From Squalus acanthias (taxonomy: Eukaryota): a DNA stretch of 64,000 bases. The stretch covers positions 152,582,001 to 152,646,000 of the forward strand of contig CM059431.1 in the NCBI GenBank assembly GCA_030390025.1. The letters are read 5' to 3'. The stretch's first letter is position 1, and each line of letters begins with the position of its first letter. The notes beneath the pieces were generated by a model that made no database searches, was not told the DNA's origin, and worked only from the letters and a program-made list of their open reading frames with translations. Of the stretch, positions 48,936 to 59,732 are shown piece by piece. A program made the position numbers and the translations under genes.

Positions 48936-49031
48936 GGCGAGAGAGTTGCCAAGTGACGCAAACTAATTAAGCAAACTGATAAATGCTCGGAAAAAAGCTC
49001 TTTCAAGCAAGTTACAAAGTGTTCTCCTTAC

Positions 49032-49118
49032 TCCAGCGTCTGTATTTTGCAGTCTGGTCTGCTCAATGCAGCAAAAAATCCTTCAGATGCCGAATCGCTC
49101 AATTTGTTCTCGTTTAGC
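49032..49118 (-). CDS. NLR LRR exon, 87 bp (LNENKLSDSASEGFFAALSRPDCKIQTL)
   Basis: ttccag| ... |gtaagg, phase 2-2. Confidence 0.85.
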
Positions 49119-50109
49119 CTGGAAAGAGACTATTAATTAATTAAATCCCACCGTCAAACATCAATGATTTGTTTCGTACCTTAATAGACAAAACAAAATC
49201 CAACTTCAGAATAAATACTCAGTCGATGACTAGAACATTGTGATTTGGGTTTGAATCTCAGCCCTGGCCACATAGAGATCCAAAGCAGGATTATTTACGA
49301 TTGCTTTTGCTAAACGTGATTTCGAAGAAATTTTGCAAATTATCACCTGATTAATGGTAGACTGCCCTACATTGTACAAAACTGCCTGTAAGGTGGCGAT
49401 AATCGAACCCTATCATTCAAATGGCAATCGATACAGTTATTACTCCAATTTAATGAAAAAAATGCAATTTCCTGTATGAGTGTTTTGTCTACATGGGGGG
49501 TTGATCATTTTGAATTGGTGTGGAATATTTGCAGGACACCAGGAAAATGAAAAAATCTACTAAAGTGACATCAGCAAATTATTCACTCTGGCGAAAGCCT
49601 GAAGCAGAAAGCAGCACCTTTGAAGCAGGAGGAAGTTTGGAGTTAGAACGAATGTTGAGTATAACCTTTTTTCAAACAGAACGCACTACAGCTCTGACAA
49701 CATTCTAATGGAATATCTTTGAAGCAGACCATATAAATGAATTGAATTATGCACCTAATTTGTTTCTGGTAATTAACGGCCACCGTGAGAAGGAAGGCAA
49801 GTGCGGCTGGAGACCAATGAAGTGACGACTTACTTCTTTGCCTAGTGAACTTTTCTTGCTTATAAAAATCAGCATTCCTATGACTACCACTGGCATGTCT
49901 TAATTGGTTCCTTCGGAAATTAGAACGTGCTTGTTCTATTCAGATTGCAGTTCAGGAGCATCCAGCACTTAAAAAATGTTTTACACAGAACATGGACTCG
50001 TAGAGTTATCCACCCCAGAAGAAGGCTATTTGGCCCATCGTGTTTGTGTCAGCTCGTTGGTAAAATAATCCAAACGCTAAATCGATTGCCTCGTTCTCTC
50101 TCCTATTAA

Positions 50110-50315
50110 TCCCTCAACCAACATAACAAAAACACAGATTATCTGGTAATTATCACATTCCTGTCTGTGGGAGCTTGCTGTGCGCAAATTGGCTGCCCCG
50201 TTTCCTACATTACAACAGTGACTACACTCCAAAAGTACTTCATTGGCTGTAAAGCGCTTTGAGACGTCCGGTGATCGTAAAAGGCGCTAAATAAATGCAA
50301 GTCTTTCTTTTTCTT
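50110..50315 (+). mobile_element. Deu-SINE 3' half
   Basis: Matches the 48618-48800 tail. Confidence 0.8.
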
Positions 50316-50514
50316 TCTATAGCCCCGTGTCTTCATCTGCTTCTAGTGTTGAGCCAGATTCGCTTAACAGGCGCAATGGTCTCTGTCCCAACAACTCCCC
50401 ATCTCAAAACATTTCTTGCAGGAATAACTCTCTTGGTAAAATCTGTAACAAGGAGTTGGGTCTACCATATTAAATATACAGCTGTATATAATACTTAACA
50501 ACAGGTGACCATAC

Positions 50515-51586
50515 CTCAGAACTTTACACTTATGCAGCACAGGTGTTAAGAGACGCAATCTTCCATCTTCAATACAACACCTGTTGAGATTGAGTTCCAG
50601 AACCGTGCCGCATAATTCTAAACCCACCGCGACCGCAGTACAATCCATGGGGCTCAATTTTAGAGGGCTCCATCCTCCGAATGCAAGTCGGTTTACAGAG
50701 CCGACCGCGATCCGGGCTGGTTCTTCATTCTGATATTCATACAGGTGGTACAAAGTATTCAGGAGCTCTGTTTTGCTCTGTTCATTGTTCATGTTTTGAA
50801 GATCTAATTTGACCCGCGATTCGAGGAACCGAATTAATCGGCGAGTGGTCTCGCCCGGAAACGGACCCGAGGATTCCTCAAGCAAATGAGCTGAAATCGG
50901 TGAGCAAAGACCGAACAGAAAGCGTAGAAATGTCACGGACTGGCGTTCTGCCTTCCTGTAATGTTTTTCTCGGACTCTGATGAGATCTTCGGGGCCTGTG
51001 GTCAGAAACTGTCCAACTGCAGCTAAGAAATGTTGAACTGGCGGATGGAGGAATTTGTGTGTAACTCGGGCAGCAGAATGATCCTGCTCCAGGATTTCCG
51101 CCAGAAACGAGGACCGCAATTCTGATTTCCGGAATTTCTGGCGACAGACGCAGTAATCGAACATGGAGCTCTCATTACAGATTCCCTCGGAGGCCAGTTC
51201 ACCCATTTTCAGCAGTAACAGACGTGGGTCTTTGATTTGCCCGGAATGAGTTTTTAACGCGTTGCCAAGGTAATTTGAAAGCAGGTGGGTGATGGTCACC
51301 GGAAGTTTTGCCACACGTCCAATTTGATGCGCAAAGAATGGTGCCAAAGATGCGCAGACGATTGCGCAGTTGGAGGGATTTGCACACAGGCTGTACAAGA
51401 TAGCATTCTGCCCCACGTGCCGAAACGCTTCGGCCGCATTTTTTTCATTTCAAAAATAATTGCTGAAATATTCTTTTATCTCCAGGTCAGAAAGTCCCTC
51501 TATTCTGTTGTCATTCTCAAAAGTGGTATGAATTTCCGGGCGCTCATTCTGAAAGCGAGGCGGTTTTTTATGCCGCTGTTCCAAGT
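50515..51586 (-). CDS. NLR large NACHT exon, internally deleted, with a premature stop
   Basis: tttag|ac acceptor and ag|gtatgg donor. DLEQRHKK... joins directly to IEGLSDLEIKEYF. Confidence 0.85.
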
Positions 51587-51794
51587 CTAAATGTAAAACT
51601 TAAAAGAAAACGTTTAGATCATTGTTGTAATCGTTTCCCTCTCCCTGCATTAATTTTTAGCTTTGATTTTACTTATTTGAGATGTTTAATCAGTAACATT
51701 TTAGAAATTGGAATTTAAAATGAATATTGTACAGTATCTAAATGAGCGCCTCGCCAGACGCTTAAAATTAAAAAAACAAATTATTCGTTGTTTT

Positions 51795-52410
51795 TATGGG
51801 ATGTGGGCGGCGCTGGCAAGGCCAGCATTTATTGCCCATCCCTAATTGCCATTGAGAAGGTGGTGGTGGGCCGCCTTCTTGAACCGCTGCAGTCTGTGTG
51901 GTGAAAGTACTCCCACAGTGCTGTTAGGGAGGGAGTTCCAGGATTTTGACCCAGCGACGATGAAGGATCTGCGATATACTTCTAAGTCAGGATGGTGTGT
52001 GAGTTGGAGATGAACTTAGAGGTGATGGTGTTTCCATGCGCCTGCTGCCCTTGTCCTTCTAGGTGGAAGAAGTCGGGGGTTTGGGAGGTGCTGCCGAAGA
52101 AGCCTTGGCGAGTTGCTGCAGTGCACCTTGTTGCTGGTGCACACTGCAGCCACGATACGCTGGTGGTGGAGGGAGTGAATGTTTAAGATGGTGGATGGGG
52201 TGCCAATCAAGCGGGCTGCTTTCTCCTGGATGGTGTGAAGCTTCTTGAGTGTTGTTGGAGCTGCACTCATCCAGGCAAGTGGAGAGTATTCCATCACACT
52301 CCTTACTTGTGCCTTGTAGATGGTGGAAAGGCTTTGGGGAGTCAGGAGGTCAGACACTCGCCGCAGAATACCTAGCCTCTGACCTGCACTTGTTGCCACA
52401 GTATTTATGC
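51795..52410 (-). mobile_element. 3' fragment of a second CR1-group LINE family, distinct from the HER1-like copies
   Basis: ORF 52016..52399 IYKAQVRSVMEYSPLAW...IQEKAARLI. Tail ggcaattagggatgggcaataaatgctggcc. Confidence 0.85.
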
Positions 52411-52611
52411 CTCTATTGCAATTTCTGCTGATTTTTATATGATGTTTGGAATCTTTCTTTCAGCCTGCAGAATTGAATCGACTTAGATGCTATAATATCT
52501 CTCGTTTGTTAATTTTACAGACACTTTTAAAATTCTTACATTGGAACAGTTTTCTTTTTAAACATTGCGAATTGGGTAACTGTTACGCTACTGCTGGGAA
52601 ATCCTACTTAC

Positions 52612-52677
52612 CCTTTAGATGATACGGTTCTTCTCCGGCCAGATTAATCTGGACTGATGGCAATGGGTGGTTGGCAT
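52612..52677 (-). CDS. NLR small linker exon, 66 bp (ANHPLPSVQINLAGEEPYHLK)
   Basis: cctttag| ... |gtaagt, phase 1-1, in frame with its neighbours. Confidence 0.75.
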
Positions 52678-53029
52678 CTAAAGGAAATGATATCTAATCT
52701 TTAATTAAGTGTTTCACAATTATGGAGTTTATTAAACAAATATGTCAGTCATATTTATTGGCAAGTCAAACGTTCACTTGCAATTACTAGCACGGTTATC
52801 AAACATTTTGTTAAACAATCATAGCTTAAAAATGAGCCCCAAATTATGAATTGTAAAATAGCCTTCACTTTAATTTTTGTGTATTTCTTTCATTCAGATG
52901 TATACAATGGGTGTGCAAGTTTAAATATTGGCTAGCATCACTGGAGGCGGCGATGACTGGTTAAATATTGAAGTACATATTATCAAATAATATAAACTAT
53001 GTATTGTTGTTTCTTTACTTTCTTTACTG

Positions 53030-54160
53030 TAGGAGGCATGATTAAGAAGTTTGCAGATGATGCAAAAATTGGCCGTGTGCTTCATCGTGAGGAGGAAAGC
53101 GGGAGACTGCAGGAAGATATCAATGGTAAGTTGGGCTGAAAGTGGCAAATGGAATTCAGTCCAAGAAGTGTGAGGTAATGCATTTGGGGAGGGCTAACAA
53201 TGCAAGGGATTACACATAAATGGTAGGATACTGAGAAATGTAGAGGAACTGAAGAACCTTGGAGTGCATATCCACAGCTCCCTAAAGGTAGCTGGACAGG
53301 TAGATAAGGCGGTTAAGAAGGCATACCGGATACTTTACTTTATTAGCCGAGGCAAAGAATATAAGAGCAGAGAGGTTATTCTTGAACTGTATGAAACACT
53401 AGTTACACCACAGCTAGAATACTGCCTGCATTTCTGGTCACCACATTACAGGAAAGATGTGAGTTCACTGGAGAGGGTCCAGAGATCATTTACGAGGATA
53501 TTGCCAGGAGTGGAGAATGTTAGCTATGAGGAAAGACTTGATAGGCTGGTTTGTTTTCTTTCGAACAAAGGCGGCGGATGGGAGATTAAATTGAAGTGTA
53601 TTCAATTATGAGGGGCCGAGATAGAGTGGATAGGAAGGACCTATTTCCCATAGCAGAGTGGTCAATAACGAGGGGGCATAGATTTGAAGTAATTGGTAGA
53701 AGGATTAGAGGGAATTGAGGAGAACTTTTTTCAGCCAGAGGGTGGCGGGGGTCTGGAACTCATTGCCTGAAAGGGTGGCGGGGGTCTGGAACTCACTGCC
53801 TGAAAGCGTGGCGGGGGTCTGGAACTCACTGCCTGAAAGGGTGGCGGGGGTCTGGAAGTCACTGCCTGAAAGGGTGGCGGGGGTCTAGAAGTCACTGCCT
53901 GAAAGGGTGGCGGGGGTCTGGAACTCACTGCCTGAAAGGGTGGCGGGGGTCTGGAACTCACTGCCTGAAAGGGTGGTGAAGGCAGAATCGTTCATCACAT
54001 TTAAAATGTACTTGGATATGCACTTGAAGTGCCATAACCTACAAGGCTACAGACCAAGAGCTGGAAAGTGGGATTAGGCTGGATACCTTTATAAATCGGC
54101 CGGCCCAGACACAAGGGATCGAATGGCCTCCTTCTGTGCCGTTAATTTCTATGATTCTAA
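53030..54160 (+). mobile_element. CR1 3' fragment containing an internal 33-bp tandem array
   Basis: ORF 53264..53611 and (ttctatga) tail. Confidence 0.9.
53740..53977. repeat. 7 x 33-bp G-rich minisatellite (gggtggcgggggtctggaactcactgcctgaaa)
   Basis: Direct reading. Confidence 0.95.
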
Positions 54161-54779
54161 ATGGCAAGATTAGGAACTCCTTTGGGCAACTCTCAGCTGA
54201 ATGTATTCAATCAGTCATTGAAAGAAATAAACTCAAGCAGCTTCCGTAACCTCAAATGGTATCAATATAAAACACACAAAGGGATGATTCTGTTTAAACA
54301 ATAATACAATTATATACTTTACTTAGCCGTTACGTTTCCAGCATCACATGTCTGAATTCGCAGCTCAGGAAACCATAAAGCTTAGAACACTATGGCTATA
54401 ATGAGGGACATCAATTTTCACATAGTCTGGGAGAGGCAGAACAGCTCAAGTAGCCACGGCAACGAATATCTGGAATGCATTCAGGTCAGTATCTTTGGGG
54501 AAATGTTTTAGAAACGGCTAGGGAAGGGCCATACTATATTTACTGATGATTAACGCAGTACGTTAAGGGGACGACTTGCAACCAGCGACCATATTATGAT
54601 TGAACTATGGTTGCTTAACTAATCAAGTGTAGAATTTACATTCTAGGGGCATGCACTGATTGTGTTACATACCAAATAGTTATTTGAATATTACTCACTG
54701 TGTGTCGACGTTCGGAAGGGAAAAGAGACATTCTCAAGAAAAATGTTTTAAATTTACGCATGGAAAGTCTTCGACGGCG

Positions 54780-55960
54780 TGAGAAATGAACTGAACAGAG
54801 TAAACTGGGCTGAAGGGTTAACGTGCAAACGTACAGACACACAACGAGTCGCAGTTAAATAACTTGTTGGCATGTAACAAAATCAGTACAAGCCCCTAAA
54901 TGGTAAATTCCCCGCTTGAGTAGTTAAGCAACCATGGTCTACAAATGAGGTAAGGGAGAGTAAAAGCTTATAAAAATGCAAGGCAAAATTTAAATCCAGC
55001 CCAACTGGGAAAGCTATAAAGAGCAAAAAGGATCCAAAGAAAGTAATAAGATGTGCAAAAATGAAGATGGAAAAAGTTGCAAGGGATACCAAAGCTAAGA
55101 GCAAACTTTTTTGTAAATAGATGAAGAGAAATACAGCGGTAAGTGGGAATATGGGGTAATTAAAGCCAGATGCATGCGAGACTAGAATGGACAATAAGGA
55201 AATGGTAGACTTTGTAAATGAGTACTTTCTATCCATTTTCACAGTAGATGAAGAAGACCAAATCCCAGCCTTACAAATGGACCTTAAAATAATTCAAGCG
55301 GAAATTTTTTCTGGATTTAATAATTAAAATGTTAATGGAGAATTTAATGGGATTTTAAAATATATAAATCTGCAGGACCCGATTATTAAAACAGATTGGT
55401 GAGGTAATTGCAGATTCATTACTCATAATTTTCCAAAGGTTTCTCGATTCAGACATTATGCCTTTAGATTCGAATATTACAAATATCACTCCATTATTTA
55501 AGAAGGGGCGAAGGGTGCAACCAGAAACTACTGACCGGTCAGTTTAACATCAGTAGTGAGAAACTATTGGAAGCTTTCATCAGTGACAGAGTGACTGAGC
55601 CCTTTGACAATCTGAGCTGATCAATGAGAGTTACCAATATCTGTGAAGGGCAGGTCATGTCTGAATTTTGTGAGGATGAGGCGAATGGAGATTAGGAGAG
55701 TGTCTACGGATGCTGTCTATATGGACTTCTGGAAAGGCATTTCATAGGTCCTGCACAAGATATGATAAGCAAAAATAAATGTGCACAGAATTGGGAGCAA
55801 GTTTCTTACATAAGGTTGGTAATAGTTTGGGCGTTAGGAGAGAAAGACTAGGGGGAAATGGAACGTTCTTGTTTGGCGGGATGTGACAAGTGGAGTTCAC
55901 CAGGGATCTTTAATGGGACGTCAGCTTTTCACCACATATATTAATGACATGGATAAAGGA
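54780..55960 (+). mobile_element. Highly degenerate CR1 ORF2 fragment
   Basis: Decayed RT motifs (gaccggtcagtttaacatcagt, tatatggacttc, ggagttcaccagggatc). Confidence 0.75.
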
Positions 55961-55962
55961 TT

Positions 55963-56144
55963 ATGGGGGCTGAATTGTTCGTGGGTGGTAGTACAAAACG
56001 TGCGATAGCGAATCGGCAGCCTGTTGGCTCTCAATTATCTTTGCCAATGAAGTCAACAGTAAACAAAATTCGGCGGCCTGCAAAGTTGGCTGCCGATTAG
56101 GTATCGCCCGTTTTGCTTTGCAGCCCAAGACCAATTTCAGCCTC
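55963..56144. mobile_element. ~180-bp palindromic MITE
   Basis: gggggctgaattg / caatttcagcctc ends; caaaacgtgcgatagcgaatcggcagcc pairs with ggctgccgattaggtatcgcccgttttg; central caatgaagtcaa. Confidence 0.75.
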
Positions 56145-56305
56145 AGAGAGTTGCAAATCAAAGTTTCTGGAGGAAATAATTAGTTCTAGAAGAATTCTGA
56201 CTACCAAAGTCCATAAAATGATGATTGACATAACGTTTTTGTTTGTAGGGAGGCATCTTCATTAGATAAATGGTTGGAAAGGACCAAACCTTCTATTATA
56301 AAGTA

Positions 56306-57080
56306 TTATGGACCTGAAATTGCGGTCGGAGGCTTCCCGCGGGCGAATACCTCCGATCCGCAAGAAAAGTACGCACCTACCTGGTCCTTCCATATCATCC
56401 AACTCTTGCAGTCCTGGGCCTGCAGGCGTACGCCTGCGTAAAGGCCCATGCATCCCAGGAGCGCACGCGGTTCGCAAGCGTCCCTGGGATCACGTGGGCC
56501 AGTCCAACCAATCACAAAAAAGATTCCCATTATGCTCTGGGGTTCCCATTTACGGTGCGGAATCCGCATACGCATATTAGGAATTAAATAAAAACACACT
56601 TTCGCACAACGTAAATAAAAATAAAACACCACATGCTTAAAATTAATAAAGGTACAATTCAATTAAACATTTAAAACAGCAATGTAATTTTTTGAAAAAT
56701 AAACTTAAACATTTTTAAAGCGGCCAAAAATAACCTCACGTAATTTTAAAGATTTTTGAAGGTTTAAATGATTTTTTAAAATATTTTAATATTTATTTTC
56801 ACCCTTACACTTGTAAAGGTAGGGCCTACGCCTGCTTTTACCATGCATAAGTGTTTCGTGGACATTCGCTGGGCAGTAGTCAGGCAAATAGCCCAACTCG
56901 CTGCCAGCAAAAGACCACTTCCTGCGCATGTGGATGATCTGTCCAGCTGAAACTTGACAGGTCGCAAGTTTTGGGTCTGCTTGCATGCGTAGCGCATGCG
57001 GAAACCCGGAACTTACGGGGCACCTACGACCGCGTACGGTCTGCGTACTTAGTCATAGGCCCCATAAAATCCGGGCCATA
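56306..57080. mobile_element. ~775-bp MITE with hairpin arms and an AT-rich centre, inside the NLR intron
   Basis: Imperfect TIRs tatggacctgaaatt / aaaatccgggccata. Palindromes gcaggcgtacgcctgc and tgcggtcggagg...cctccgatccgca. Confidence 0.75.
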
Positions 57081-57824
57081 AACTGTCACAACATGTACCT
57101 GTGTTTCTCTTTACTTCCGGAGTTGGCTTGGTTTGATACTGATCGGCATCCTCAGCTCTGGTGCACTTCAAACTTAATACATCTGGGCTATTTGCTGAGG
57201 ATGCCCCTGGCATCAACGTTGTTCCGAGATGGTGAGAGATTGCATCGTCTGATGGAGCAGCTCCAGGATTTGTGAGAGAGAACAGGCCCGTGACGGATTC
57301 CACTGCTACAAGTGTCTGGTTTTCTTTTAAGGTCATATGCTGATATTTACAACATATGTAATTTAACAATGTTCTTAAGCAACTGCAGTTTCCATCACTT
57401 CTGGTGGCAGCTTGCTTCGGTGGTCTATTGTTGAATTCAGCAGTGTAGATTGTAGAGTCCATGTTTTTGGCTGTTTCCATACTTTTCTTCGTTTTGCACC
57501 CTACTGATCTTTGATTTGATGTCTATTCGCCGTTCCTTGATAAGATGGAATTGATGCGGCTGGAAGCACAGTCTGGATATTGTTTGCTCTTATCATTCCT
57601 CCCTCTCCCTGTGGATTCAGTCCATCACATGAGGGGATCACTGCGTTCCCATTACAAAATTATGCTGTGCCTCATGATACCACCTTCAAACCTTCAGAAT
57701 TGAATTTTTAATTGTCCTGTTCATAGGTAAATCATTTTCTCTCCCTGCAGGAGCTGTAGGCTAATGTTTCGAATCAAGTTCATTTCCTGGTAAGAGAAAA
57801 AACAAGGATATACAGTCTTCCAAA

Positions 57825-58300
57825 CATTCTTATGGGAACCTGCATGGGCCCTAGCTATGTCTGCCTTTTCGTGGGATATGTGGAACATTGTTTGTTCCAG
57901 TCCCTACTCATGTCCCCTCCCTCAGCTCTTTTTGCTGTACATTGATGACTGTATCGGTGCTGTTTCCTGCTCTCGCCCTGAACTAGAAAATTAATTCACT
58001 TTGCTTCCAATTTCCACCCGTTCCTCGCCTTCACATGGTCCATCTCCCACCCTTTCCTTCCCTTCCTCGACTTCTCTCTCTCCATTTCTGGGGATAAGTT
58101 ATCGACAAACCTTCATTATAAGCCCACTGACTCCCACAGCTACCTGGATAACACTTCCTTCCATTCCGCTTCCTGTAAGAAAAAGGTAATCGATCTGAAA
58201 ATTAAACTCTGTTTCTCTCTCCACAGATGCTGCCTGACCTGAGTATTTCCAGCATTTTCTGTTTTTTGTTCAGATTTCCAACATCCACAGTACATTGCTT
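57825..58300 (+). mobile_element. Internally deleted Penelope fragment (RT core joined to pLTR)
   Basis: Homologous to 45290-45637, then jumps to a 46758-46854-like pLTR with a broken hammerhead. Confidence 0.88.
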
Positions 58301-58899
58301 TTGTATTCTTATTTCCCGTCTCATTATGGAATAATTTCAGAAAAAGTTCCGGTCAGCATCATTTGAGAGAAGTCAATCCCTGACAATAACCAAATAATTT
58401 TTTGACGTGGAAGATTCAAAATAATAACAAAAACAACAATAATAAAGTCAGTAATATTATTTATTATCAACATTTTTGTTTAACGTTATTAGGTTGCATA
58501 TGTCCCACGGTGTCTTTTTTTATTTAAAATGTCAATTCGATTTTTCTTTATTAAACTAAGAAACATTGTGCCGTATTATAAGTACATTTTACTCGGTACC
58601 AATCTTAGGTTGCCAGACGAGGAACCATGTTTAAACATAGGGTGTAAAATTGGTCTTTGGCGCTAGCGATATGGTATATGTAGTGATATGTTGCAAGCAC
58701 TGATACGGTGCAATTCACGCTCATAATCCATGCCTTACGTTATCTGTCAGCACAAAATATAGGGCAACATTCAGAATGTTGCCCTTTGTCTTTGCAGTAG
58801 ATCAGTTCTATGGCACATGACTTATGAGAAGTAAAATAATGAAGCGTACAAGAAAACTCTCACCTTAAAATATCATAACCACATGGCGAATTAGGGTTA

Positions 58900-59310
58900 C
58901 GGTAGAACAGTAATTATGTTACTGGACTAATAATCCTCAGGCCTGGTCCAATTATTCGACGGACATGAGTTAATTATCCCACCACGCCAATTGTGGCATT
59001 CAATTGACTAAATAAATCTGGAATAAAAAACTAGTATCACTAATGGTGGCCATGAAACTAACGGATTGTCGTAAAAACCCACCTGGTTCAGTAATGTCCT
59101 TTAGGGAAGGAAATCTGCCGTCCTTACCTGGTCTGGCCTATATGTGATTCCAGACCCACAGCAACGTGGCTGACTCTTAACTGCCCTCTGAAATGGCCTA
59201 GCAAGAAGCTCAGTTGTATTCACCCCACCCTCTCAATGGCAATTAGGGATGGGTAATAAATGCTTGCCTTGACATCGATTTCCACATCCCATGAATGAAT
59301 AAAAATAAAG
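58900..59310 (+). mobile_element. tRNA-type SINE with a LINE-derived 3' tail
   Basis: actggactaataatcc head, gggaaggaaatctgccgtccttacc body, tail shared with 51795-51870. Confidence 0.8.
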
Positions 59311-59732
59311 TGCATTTCTATAATTCCGTTCCTTGTTTTTCAGTCCACCAATTAGGTGTTGCCCAGTTCTTCAGGCCAAGAAATATATTTCATTGTGCAC
59401 TTGCTACATAGACATTCAATATGCGGGACATAAATAAATCACAGCAACAGTGTATAATCAATGTAAATATAACGAACATTGCAGATCAGCAGTATGATTA
59501 ATCTTATGAAGCATCCCCTGGGCGGAGTGCAGAGAGGAACATTTGGTGGGCAGGATCATACGGCGGTAACAGAATCCGACTGAACTCCCTTTCACTTAAA
59601 TGTAATGGAAGGAAATTCAGGCTTATTCTAGAAGGGGCGCCAGAATCTTCCCCCCAGACTTTTTCGCTAAGCATTCCATCGAATTGATGTTTAAGTCGCA
59701 AGCGGTAAAGGCGAACTCCTACTCCATTATTC

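Larger units (their letters stand above)
47387..57786 (-). pseudogene. NLR (NACHT-LRR, NLRP3/12-like fish type) gene, probably pseudogenised. Exons: 57099-57786(?), 52612-52677, 50515-51586, 49032-49118, 48052-48222, 47723-47890, 47387-47474
   Basis: Phase-compatible exons. NACHT-associated motifs (IKEYF, LC.NP..C.IVC, KFLH..VQ.FLAA, FLRFLFGL, LYHLYEYQN, LSPMDC). LRR exons of 87, 171 and 168 bp. In-frame TGA at 51450-51452. No Walker A/B. Confidence 0.88.

Noticed and set aside
53731-53961. Proline-rich repeat protein (SRPPPPFQAV)n
   Set aside because: Translation of the 33-bp minisatellite antisense to a CR1.
58178-58210. Fifth hammerhead
   Set aside because: The CUGANGA core is removed by the deletion and the GAAAC-GUU part is mutated.
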